Assembly: GCA_047459075.1 (NCBI GenBank)
Contig: VSCH01000007.1
Span: 19,606 to 83,605 of the forward strand
Direction: 5' to 3'
DNA from: Acidimicrobiia bacterium
Lineage (GTDB): Bacteria; Actinomycetota; Acidimicrobiia; Acidimicrobiales; VFJN01
Length of the DNA stretch: 64,000 bases
Positions 1-7,300 of the stretch are shown piece after piece (position 1 is the stretch's first letter; the number at the start of each line of letters is the position of its first letter). The notes under the pieces were generated by a model. It saw only the letters and a list, made by a program, of their open reading frames with translations, searched no databases and had not been told where the DNA came from. The position numbers and the translations under genes were made by a program.

Positions 1-122
1 GCGGCCAGGTGGGGGTCGGGCGGCCGGCGGGCACCGCCCAGCTGCACGACGACGACCCAGGCGCCGGCCACGCCGGCGACCAGCCCGGCCACGACACCCA
101 CGAGCAGCAGCACGATGTCCAT
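1..122 (-). CDS. 5' fragment of an unidentified membrane protein gene (runs off the left edge)
   Basis: A minus-strand ATG at 120-122 opens MDIVLLLVGVVAGLVAGVAGAWVVVVQLGG..., a hydrophobic N-terminal helix. It lies 44 nt downstream of the ppk stop on the same strand. It is too short to identify. Confidence 0.3.
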   Translation of the reverse strand, partial: MDIVLLLVGVVAGLVAGVAGAWVVVVQLGGARRPPDPHLA

Positions 123-165
123 GGCGCCGACCCTACGAGGCGGCTGTGACAGCCTCGGGGACCCG

Positions 166-2304
166 TCAGACGACCGACGGTGGCACCGGCCCGGACCGGG
201 CCCGCTCGACCGCCCGCCGCTGCAGCTCCGCGTGCGCGTCCACCGTGCCGCCGGGCGCCGAGCGCACCCACCGCCCGTCCGGGCCCAGGGTCCAGGCCAG
301 CACGTCGTCGGCCAGCTCGACCTCGAGCAGCTCGTCGATGCGGGCCTGCAGCGAGGGCTCGAGCACCGGCACCAGCACCTCGACCCGGCGGTCGAGGTTG
401 CGCGGCATCAGGTCGGCCGACCCGATCAGGTGCAGCGGCGTGCCCGGCCCCCGCCCGTTGGCGAAGCGGTAGACCCGGGAGTGCTCCAGGTAGCGCCCGA
501 CGATCGAGCGCACCCGGATGTTCTCCGAGCGCCCCGGCACCCCGGGCGTCAGGCAGCAGATGCCCCGCACGATCAGGTCGATCTCGACGCCGGCCTGCGA
601 GGCCCGGTGCAGCGCGTCGATCATCTCGGGGTCGACGAGGCTGTTCATCTTCATCGTGATGCGGCCGGCGCCCGGCTCGGCCGCGGCGGCCTCGACCTCC
701 CCCTCGATGAGCGACAGCAGCCCCTCCCGCATCATGCGGGGCGCGACGAGGAGCCGCTCGTAGTCGATGTTCCGCCCGTAGCCGGTCAGCTCGTTGAAGA
801 ACTGGGTGAGGTCCGACCCGATGGCGGGGTCGCAGGTCAGCAGCCCGAGGTCCTCGTAGGTGCGGGCCGTGCGGGGGTTGTAGTTGCCGGTGCCGAGGTG
901 GCAGTAGCGGCGCAGGCCGCCGTCCTCCTCCCGGACGACGAGGGCCGCCTTGGCGTGCACCTTCAGCCCGATGAGGCCGTAGGTGACGTGGACGCCGGCC
1001 GTCTCCAGCTGCCGGGCCCACTCGATGTTGGCGCCCTCGTCGAAGCGGGCCTTCAGCTCGACGATGACCGCCACCTGCTTGCCCCGCTCGGCGGCCCGGA
1101 TGAGCGACCGGGCGATCGGGCTGTCCCCCGACGTGCGGTAGAGCGTCATCTTGATGGCCAGCACCCGGGGGTCCTCCGCCGCCTGGCGGAGGAACTCCTC
1201 GACCGTGGCCCGGAAGCTCTCGTAGGGGTGGTGGACCAGCAGGTCACCCCGGCGCACGACGGCGAAGACGTCGGCCCGCTCGCCGTCCCCGTCGTCCAGG
1301 GGGGCCGGGGTCACCGGCGTGTACGGCGGGTCCTTCAGGTCGGGGCGGTCGAGGGCGTGCAGCGACCAGAGCCCGCCGAGGTCGAGCGGCGCCGTGAACG
1401 CGTAGACGTCGTCGTCGCCGAGGTCGAGCTCGCGCTGCAGCAGCTCCCGCACCTCGTCGGACATCGACGCGTCGATCTCGAGCCGGACCGCCCGGCCGAA
1501 CCGCCGCCGGCGCAGCTCGAGCTCGACCATGGCCAGCAGGTCGTCCGCCTCCTCCTCCTCGAGGGTCAGGTCGGAGTTCCGGGTCACCCGGAAGGTGTGG
1601 TGCTGCTCGATCTCCATGCCCGGGAAGAGCTGGTCGAGGTGGGCGGCGATGACCTGCTCCAGCGGGACGTAGCGCTCGCCGTCGGGCATGACGACGAAGC
1701 GGGGCAGCAGCGAGGGCACCTTCACCCGGGCGAAGCGACGCACCCCGACCTCGGGGTCGCGCACGACGACCGCCAGGTTCAGCGACAGGTTCGAGATGTA
1801 GGGGAACGGGTGGCCCGGGTCGACCGCGAGCGGCGTGAGCACCGGGAAGATCCGCTCCTCGAAGGTCTCGACGAGGAACTTGCGGTCGTCCTGGTCGAGG
1901 TCGGCCCAGGACGAGAACCGGATGCCGGCCTCGGCCAGGGCGGGCGCCACGCCGTCGAGGAAGGCGGCCTCCATGCGGGGCAGGAGGACGTCGAGCCGGT
2001 CGCGGATCTCGAGCAGCTGGCGCCCCGGCGTGCGCCCGTCCGGGCTCAGCGTCGAGACCCCGGCGGCGACCTGGTCCTTCAGCCCGGCGACCCGGACCTG
2101 GAAGAACTCGTCGAGGTTCTGCCCGAAGATGGCGAGGAACTTGGCCCGCTCCAGCAGCGGGACGCGCTCGTCCTCGGCCAGCGCCAGCACCCGCTCGTTG
2201 AAGTCGAGCCAGGACAGCTCGCGGTTGCGGTAGGGCTCGGGCACGCCGGCGGCCGGGCCCGTCGGGGGAGGCTCGTCGGGACCGGGCGCGGGCGTGCTGG
2301 CCAC
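166..2304 (-). CDS. ppk: polyphosphate kinase 1 (PPK1)
   Basis: The 743-aa ORF (166..2397) reads as PPK1 along its length: YRNRELSWLDFNERVLALAEDERVPLLERAKFLAIF, FPYISNLSLNLAV, KVHAKAALVVREE, GRYLEHSRVYRF. The ORF opens at 2397, but that would overlap the upstream gene by 37 nt, so the in-frame GTG at 2304 was chosen. The start is uncertain. Confidence 0.92.
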   Translation of the reverse strand: MASTPAPGPDEPPPTGPAAGVPEPYRNRELSWLDFNERVLALAEDERVPLLERAKFLAIFGQNLDEFFQVRVAGLKDQVAAGVSTLSPDGRTPGRQLLEIRDRLDVLLPRMEAAFLDGVAPALAEAGIRFSSWADLDQDDRKFLVETFEERIFPVLTPLAVDPGHPFPYISNLSLNLAVVVRDPEVGVRRFARVKVPSLLPRFVVMPDGERYVPLEQVIAAHLDQLFPGMEIEQHHTFRVTRNSDLTLEEEEADDLLAMVELELRRRRFGRAVRLEIDASMSDEVRELLQRELDLGDDDVYAFTAPLDLGGLWSLHALDRPDLKDPPYTPVTPAPLDDGDGERADVFAVVRRGDLLVHHPYESFRATVEEFLRQAAEDPRVLAIKMTLYRTSGDSPIARSLIRAAERGKQVAVIVELKARFDEGANIEWARQLETAGVHVTYGLIGLKVHAKAALVVREEDGGLRRYCHLGTGNYNPRTARTYEDLGLLTCDPAIGSDLTQFFNELTGYGRNIDYERLLVAPRMMREGLLSLIEGEVEAAAAEPGAGRITMKMNSLVDPEMIDALHRASQAGVEIDLIVRGICCLTPGVPGRSENIRVRSIVGRYLEHSRVYRFANGRGPGTPLHLIGSADLMPRNLDRRVEVLVPVLEPSLQARIDELLEVELADDVLAWTLGPDGRWVRSAPGGTVDAHAELQRRAVERARSGPVPPSVV

Positions 2305-2360
2305 GCGCCCGAGGCTAGCGGTGGCGGCGCGGCGGGGCGCCCGGCCCCGGCGCCGCCCGG

Positions 2361-2633
2361 TCAGGCGTTGTCGTCCTCGGGGTAGCCCAGGTCCCACTCG
2401 AGCAGGATGTTCTCCCGCTCGGCGTCGCGCACCACCCGCTCGCGGTTGCGGCGGAACTGGGGGTCGTGCGGCGGCAGCAGCACGAGCCGGGCCATCACCC
2501 GTCGCCGGAACTCCTCGACGAGCTGGCGGTCGCCGAAGTCGGACTGGACCTCCCAGTGCGGCGCCACCGGCCCGAGGTAGACGATCCGGGCGTGGGCGCG
2601 GGGCGGCTCGGCGGCGGGCGCGGCGTCGGACAT
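2361..2633 (-). CDS. small conserved hypothetical protein (90 aa)
   Basis: This is the last 90 codons of the 2361..4223 ORF, starting at ATG 2633 (MSDAAPAAEPPRAHARIVYLGPVAPHWEVQSDF...LLEWDLGYPEDDNA). Composition is ordinary, unlike the Arg/Pro-rich upstream part of the ORF. It fits exactly between the htrA stop (2645) and ppk. I did not recognise a family. Confidence 0.5.
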   Translation of the reverse strand: MSDAAPAAEPPRAHARIVYLGPVAPHWEVQSDFGDRQLVEEFRRRVMARLVLLPPHDPQFRRNRERVVRDAERENILLEWDLGYPEDDNA

Positions 2634-2644
2634 GGCCTGCGAGC

Positions 2645-4105
2645 CTACCCGCCCTGCCGGCCGATCACGGCGGTGATCTGCCGCTCGCGCCCCTCGCGCT
2701 CGACCGTGATCTCGACCTCGTCGCCCGGCTCGTGCTCGCGGATGATCTCGCCGAGGCGCTCGTTGGAGGTGATCGCCTCGCCGTCGACCGCCACGATCAC
2801 GTCGCCGACCCGGATGCCGGCCTCGTCGGCGCCGCTGCCGGGCACGACGTCGACGACGAAGGCGCCCTCGTCGGACTCGATGCCGAGCCGGTCGCGCACC
2901 GCCTCCTCGACCGACTCGACCGGCACCGTGCTCACGCCCAGCCGGGGGGTGTCCGGCGTGACCTCGCCGTTGCCCTCCCGGAGGTCCTCGATGATGGGCA
3001 TGGCGGAGTCGATCGAGATGGCGAAGCCGACGTTCTGGCTGTCCTCGATGATCGCCGTGTTGATGCCGACGACCTCGCCGGCGGAGTCGACGAGCGGGCC
3101 GCCCGAGTTGCCCTGGTTGATGGCGGCGTCGGTCTGGATGAGGTCGGTCAGGGTGCCGTTCGGCCCCTCGATCGTGCGGTTGAGCGCCGAGACGATGCCG
3201 ATCGTGACGCTCGGCTGGCCGCCGAGGTTGAAGGCGTTGCCGATGGCGATGACCGGCTCGCCCACCTGGAGCGCCTCGGACGAGCCGATCGTCGCCGGCG
3301 TCAGGCCGTCCACGCCCTCGACGCGGATGACCGCCAGGTCGCTGCTCGGGTCGCTGCCCACCAGCGTCGCCTCGTGCTCGGCGCCGTCGAAGGTCCGGAC
3401 CGAGATGCCGTTCGACTGCTCGATGACATGGGCGTTCGTCATGATCAGCCCGTCCTCGGACAGGACGATGCCGGTCCCGGCGCCCTCGAAGACCCCGCCC
3501 CGGGTGCTGACGCTCGTCTCGATGGTCACGACCGAGGGCTCGACCCGGTCGAGGATCGCCTGCACGTCCATGACCCCCTCGGGCGTCGTGACCGGCGGGC
3601 GGGCCACGATCGTCCTGCCCTCGTCGTCGTCCAGCGCCCCGACCCCGAAGGCGGCGCCCGCCCCGACGAGCGCGCCGACGACGGCGGCCACGAGCGCGAC
3701 CGGCCAGGCGCGCCGGAGGGCGCCGACGACCCCGCCGGGTCGGGGCCCGGGCGGGCCGGCGCCCGGCGCGGACGGCCCCGCCGGCGGTTGCTCGGCCGGC
3801 GGCTGCTCGGCCGGGGTGACGGGCGCGGCCGACCCGGTCCCGCCGGGCCCCTGGCCGGGCGCGGCGGGGGGCGGGCCCAGCGGGCGGTAGGGGCCGGAGG
3901 CCGCGGCACGCCCGGGGTCGCCGGTCGCCGCGGCGCGCACGTCGCCGGGCACCCCGCCCGGGGGGACGAGGGGCGCGACCGGCGGGCCGCTCGCCGGTGC
4001 CGGCGGGGCGGCCGGTGGCGGCGGCGGGGGCGGGACCCGCTGCAGCTGCACGGTCTCGTCGGTCGGCTGCCGGGGGGCCTCGGCCGAGGTCACTGCCCCA
4101 TGCAT
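2645..4105 (-). CDS. htrA: HtrA/DegP-family trypsin-like serine protease with C-terminal PDZ domain
   Basis: The catalytic triad contexts are present: TNAHVIE (His), SDLAVIRV (Asp), GNSGGPLV (Ser). A PDZ-like tail follows (GAFVVDVVPGSGADEAGIRVGDVIVAVDG). The N-terminus is Pro-rich and is followed by a TM helix (WPVALVAAVVGALVGAGAAFGVGAL). Confidence 0.9.
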   Translation of the reverse strand: MHGAVTSAEAPRQPTDETVQLQRVPPPPPPPAAPPAPASGPPVAPLVPPGGVPGDVRAAATGDPGRAAASGPYRPLGPPPAAPGQGPGGTGSAAPVTPAEQPPAEQPPAGPSAPGAGPPGPRPGGVVGALRRAWPVALVAAVVGALVGAGAAFGVGALDDDEGRTIVARPPVTTPEGVMDVQAILDRVEPSVVTIETSVSTRGGVFEGAGTGIVLSEDGLIMTNAHVIEQSNGISVRTFDGAEHEATLVGSDPSSDLAVIRVEGVDGLTPATIGSSEALQVGEPVIAIGNAFNLGGQPSVTIGIVSALNRTIEGPNGTLTDLIQTDAAINQGNSGGPLVDSAGEVVGINTAIIEDSQNVGFAISIDSAMPIIEDLREGNGEVTPDTPRLGVSTVPVESVEEAVRDRLGIESDEGAFVVDVVPGSGADEAGIRVGDVIVAVDGEAITSNERLGEIIREHEPGDEVEITVEREGRERQITAVIGRQGG

Positions 4106-4328
4106 ACCCGACGCGGGGCCCGACGGGACAGCCGTCCCGGGCTGGCCCCTCCCCCACCGGCCCCCGCTCGGGCGACCCGGGCCGCCCGGGGGCCGATCGG
4201 GGGATCACCGGGAAATCCCCCATGCCCCCGGGGGACCCGTCGCGTCACACTCCAACCGTTCGTTCCATCGAACGAGGTCGGTGCCTGGGGGCGCCGACCG
4301 AGGCGGGCACGGCGGAACTGGAGGATCG

Positions 4329-4580
4329 ATGAGCACCGAATGGATGGCGCGCGGCAACTGTGCGAACAGCGACCCGTCCGTCTTCTTCCCCAGCGACGGC
4401 GTCGGCGTCGAGATCGCACGGCGCATCTGCGCGACCTGCCCCGTCAAGAGCGAGTGCCTCGAGCACGCCTTGGTGCACCGCATCGACCACGGGGTCTGGG
4501 GCGGCGCCTCGGAGCGGGAGCGGCGCCGCATCCTCAAGCGCCGGCGCCTGGCCAGCCTGGCCGCGGCCGTGAGCGCGTGA
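4329..4580 (+). CDS. WhiB-family Fe-S transcriptional regulator
   Basis: MSTEWMARGNCANSDPSVFFP...ARRICATCPVKSECLEHAL...GVWGGASERERRRILKRRR carries the four Cys, the GVWGG turn and the basic tail of Wbl proteins. The ATG at 4329 lies inside the longer 4281 ORF. Confidence 0.9.
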   Translation: MSTEWMARGNCANSDPSVFFPSDGVGVEIARRICATCPVKSECLEHALVHRIDHGVWGGASERERRRILKRRRLASLAAAVSA

Positions 4581-4595
4581 CGCCGGGGCGGCGTC
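4579..4595. terminator. GC hairpin between the convergent whiB and tatA genes
   Basis: GACGCCG-GGG-CGGCGTC is a perfect 7-bp stem with a 3-nt loop, starting within the whiB stop codon and 26 nt from the tatA stop. There is no U-tract, so it is only terminator-like. Confidence 0.35.
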
Positions 4596-4620
4596 CCGCC
4601 GCCCTGGCACCCGCGCCGGC

Positions 4621-4812
4621 TCAGGCCTGGTCGCGCTCGTCGGGGGCGGGGCGGTCGTCGTCGGCGTGCCCCTCGCGCAGCCCCTTCTTGAACTCCGCCT
4701 GGGCCTGCCCCATCGAACGGGCAAGCTTGGGGAGCTTGGAGCTGCCGAACAGGACCAGCACCACGGCCAGGATGATGAGGAGCTCAGATGCGCCGAGGTT
4801 CACGCCGGCCAC
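4621..4812 (-). CDS. tatA: twin-arginine translocase subunit TatA/E
   Basis: (VAG)VNLGASELLIILAVVLVLFGSSKLPKLARSMGQAQAEFKKGLREG is the canonical TatA TM helix plus amphipathic helix. The start is GTG 4812 or GTG 4803. The longer ORF reaching 5073 is rejected. Confidence 0.85.
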   Translation of the reverse strand: MAGVNLGASELLIILAVVLVLFGSSKLPKLARSMGQAQAEFKKGLREGHADDDRPAPDERDQA

Positions 4813-4855
4813 TGTAACGGCCGGCGCCCCTGGGTGCGCCCCCGGAGCGTGACCC

Positions 4856-5653
4856 GTGCTCGAGTGCGTGGTGAACATCAGCGAGGGCGCCCGCCGCGCG
4901 GTCGTGGACGAGATCGCCGCCGCCGCCGGCAGGGAGCTGCTCGACGTCCACACCGACCCCCACCACAACCGGGCGGTGCTGACGCTGGTCGGCGAGGAGG
5001 CGCCGCGGCGGGTCGCCCGCGCCGCCGTCGAGCGCCTCGACCTGCGGCGGCACCGCGGGGTCCACCCCCGCATCGGCGTCGTCGACGTCGTGCCGTTCGT
5101 GCCGCTCGGGGGGTCGACGATGGCCGACGCCGTGGCCGCCCGCGACCGGTTCGCCGCCTGGGTCGCGTCCGAGCTGGGCGTCCCGGCCTTCGCCTACGGC
5201 CCCGAGCGCTCGCTGCCCGAGGTCCGCCGGCGGGCGTTCCGTGACCTGACCCCCGACACCGGGCCGCCCGAGCCCCACCCGACGGCGGGGGCCGTCGCCG
5301 TCGGCGCCCGCGGCGTCCTGGTGGCGTGGAACCTCTGGCTGGCGGAGCCCGACCTCGAGGCGGCCCGCCGGGTGGCGGCCCGGGTGCGGGGGCCGCACCT
5401 GCGGGCGCTCGGCCTGGCAGTGGGCCCGCGGGTGCAGGTGTCGATGAACCTGATCGCGCCCGAGGTGATCGGCCCGGCCGAGGCCTGGGACCTGGTCACC
5501 CGGCACGTGGCGGTCGCCGGCGCCGAGCTGGTCGGCCTGGTCCCCGCCTGGCTCCTGGAGCGCACCGACCGGCGCCGGTGGGCCCAGCTCGACCTGGACC
5601 CGGAGCGGACGATCGAGGCCCGGCTGGCCCGGGCCGGCCTGGGCGGGCCGTGA
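4856..5653 (+). CDS. glutamate formiminotransferase-like protein (formiminotransferase N-terminal subdomain family)
   Basis: The N-terminus MLECVVNISEGAR matches the ECVPNFSEGR signature of formiminotransferases. It is 265 aa with no cyclodeaminase domain. Confidence 0.7.
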   Translation: MLECVVNISEGARRAVVDEIAAAAGRELLDVHTDPHHNRAVLTLVGEEAPRRVARAAVERLDLRRHRGVHPRIGVVDVVPFVPLGGSTMADAVAARDRFAAWVASELGVPAFAYGPERSLPEVRRRAFRDLTPDTGPPEPHPTAGAVAVGARGVLVAWNLWLAEPDLEAARRVAARVRGPHLRALGLAVGPRVQVSMNLIAPEVIGPAEAWDLVTRHVAVAGAELVGLVPAWLLERTDRRRWAQLDLDPERTIEARLARAGLGGP

Positions 5654-5662
5654 CCGGCGGCG

Positions 5663-5947
5663 TCAGGCGCTGGCCGTCGCCGCCGCGGCCTTCCGGGCCA
5701 GGGCCCGCTGGCGACGGATGCGCCGGCGCTCGCGCTCGCTCATGCCACCCCAGATGCCGAACTTCTCGGAGTTCTCGAGCGCGTACTCCAGGCACTGGGC
5801 GCGCACGACGCAGCCCCGGCAGACCTCCTTGGCCTCCCGCGTCGACGCACCCCGCTCGGGGAAGAAGAGGTCGGGATCGACGCCCAGGCAGTTGGCGTAG
5901 TCCTGCCAGGAGCGGTCGTCGGGATCTGTGGCCACGGGGAGTTTCAT
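5663..5947 (-). CDS. whiB: WhiB-family regulator, WhiB2/WhmD-like
   Basis: DYANCLGVDPDLFFPERGASTREAKEVCRGCVVRAQCLEYALENSEKFGIWGGMSERERRRIRR is very close to the WhiB/WhiB2 consensus (FFPE.GGSTREAK..C.GC.VR.ECLEYAL..DERFGIWGG.SERERRRL). The ATG at 5947 lies within the longer 6274 ORF. Confidence 0.9.
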   Translation of the reverse strand: MKLPVATDPDDRSWQDYANCLGVDPDLFFPERGASTREAKEVCRGCVVRAQCLEYALENSEKFGIWGGMSERERRRIRRQRALARKAAAATASA

Positions 5948-6065
5948 CTGGCCCCCTTCCCGCTTTCGTGTCGCCAATCGGACAGTGCAGCCAGCCGGCG
6001 GGGGTCCACCTGCGATGCCACACGTGTAATTACATTGGTGGGATTCTTTCGTACCCGCCGCAGAT

Positions 6066-6602
6066 GTGCAAGAGGTCACCCGGGTGAACGCGCGCGCTCG
6101 CATCGAGGTCGTCACCGGCGACATCACGACCCTCGAGGTCGACGCGATCGTCAACGCGGCCAACCGCACGCTGCTCGGCGGGGGCGGCGTCGACGGCGCC
6201 ATCCACCGCGCCGCCGGCCCCCGCCTGCTGGAGGAGTGCCGCACGCTCGGCGGCTGCGACACCGGCGACGCCAAGGCGACCGGCGGCTACGACCTGCCCG
6301 CCCGCTGGGTCATCCACACGGTGGGGCCGGTGTGGCGGGGTGGCTCGCAGGGCGAGGCCGAGCTGCTCGCCTCCTGCTACCGCCGGTCGCTCGAGGTGGC
6401 CGACGAGCTCGGCGCCCGGTCGGTCGCCTTCCCGGCCATCTCCACCGGCGCCTACGGCTTCCCCCGGACCGAGGCCGCGGCCATCGCCGTCGAGACGCTG
6501 GCCGGGCACCCGGCCCGGGTCGAGCGGCGCATCCTCGTCGCCTTCGACCGGGAGACGGCCGACCTCTACCACCGGCACCTCGAGCGCCTCGGCCGCCGCT
6601 GA
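6066..6602 (+). CDS. macro-domain protein (O-acetyl-ADP-ribose deacetylase / ADP-ribose-binding, YmdB-like)
   Basis: [35 protein letters not shown] and [13 protein letters not shown] are the macro-domain motifs. The start is GTG 6066 or GTG 6084. Confidence 0.9.
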   Translation: MQEVTRVNARARIEVVTGDITTLEVDAIVNAANRTLLGGGGVDGAIHRAAGPRLLEECRTLGGCDTGDAKATGGYDLPARWVIHTVGPVWRGGSQGEAELLASCYRRSLEVADELGARSVAFPAISTGAYGFPRTEAAAIAVETLAGHPARVERRILVAFDRETADLYHRHLERLGRR

Positions 6603-6672
6603 GCCCCGCGGGCGCCGCCGCCCGGCGCGCCCCGCGGTGGCACCGCCCCGCGCCGCGCTACATCATGTCGGC

Positions 6673-7275
6673 GTGGCGCCGGGGGAGGGGTCGTCGACAC
6701 GCCGGACCGCGCCGCCCGCGGTGGGCGCGACGCTGATCGCCGCCTCGATCGTCGTCCTGGTGATCGGCCTCAGCTGGCTCAACCGCGGCGGCGACGGGCG
6801 CGAGCGGCTCGCCGTGCCCGTGGTCGGCGGCGTGACGCCCCCGACCGAGCCCGACGGCGACGTCGTCGACATCCCGCCCAGCCAGCCGGCCGTCCCCGTG
6901 TCGTTCGGCCAGGACGGCCGCATCGTGCGGCCCGAGCCCGACCGGGCCCGCATCGTCGACGAGGAGGGCAACGAGGTCATCGTCGCCCTGCCGCCCGGCA
7001 CGACCGTCGACACCGTGACCGGCCGCATCGTCCCCCGCTCCCCCGACGGCGGGACGACGACCTCGCCGACCCGGGGCACCTCGACGTCGACCGGCGGCGG
7101 CAGCAGCTCGACCCGCCCGACCGACGGCGACACGACGACGTCGACGACGAGGGACACGACGACCGCGCCGCCCGGCTCGTCGTCCACGACCGAGCAGCCG
7201 ACGACCACCGAGCAGCCGACGACGACCGAGCCCGAGCCCCCGCCCTCCACGGACGGCGACACCACCGTCCCCTGA
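6673..7275 (+). CDS. membrane-anchored Thr/Pro/Ser-rich protein of unknown function
   Basis: This is the 3' part of ORF 6340..7275, taken from GTG 6673. It has one TM helix (GATLIAASIVVLVIGLSWL), then a short ordinary-composition segment, then a TTSPTRGTSTSTGGGSSSTRPTDGDTTTSTTRDTTT...TEQPTTTEQPTTTEPEPPP tail. The start is uncertain. Confidence 0.5.
   Translation: MAPGEGSSTRRTAPPAVGATLIAASIVVLVIGLSWLNRGGDGRERLAVPVVGGVTPPTEPDGDVVDIPPSQPAVPVSFGQDGRIVRPEPDRARIVDEEGNEVIVALPPGTTVDTVTGRIVPRSPDGGTTTSPTRGTSTSTGGGSSSTRPTDGDTTTSTTRDTTTAPPGSSSTTEQPTTTEQPTTTEPEPPPSTDGDTTVP
7189..7236 (+). repeat. 18-bp coding tandem repeat (about 2.6 copies)
   Basis: ACCGAGCAGCCGACGACC (7189-7206), then ACCGAGCAGCCGACGACG (7207-7224), then a partial ACCGAGCCCGAG. 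It encodes TEQPTT-TEQPTT-TEPE. Confidence 0.7.
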
Positions 7276-7300
7276 CCGCCCCGCCGCCGGGGTGCCGTGC

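Noticed and set aside
115-2385. 756-aa plus-strand ORF covering the whole ppk region
   Set aside because: It is antisense to an unmistakable PPK1 gene. Its translation is Arg/Pro/Gly/Val/Asp-rich with no recognisable motif. This is a typical shadow ORF of very GC-rich DNA.
2294-4852. 852-aa plus-strand ORF and the 620-aa minus-strand ORF 2361..4223
   Set aside because: Both are dominated by Arg/Pro/Gly/Ala runs and overlap the well-supported htrA-like gene. Only the last 90 codons of the minus-strand ORF (2361-2633) have protein-like composition, and only those were kept.
7189-7236. Tandem repeat as a possible CRISPR or minisatellite
   Set aside because: It has only about 2.6 copies of 18 bp with no spacers, and it lies in frame inside a Thr/Pro-rich coding tail. 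It is a coding repeat, not a CRISPR array.
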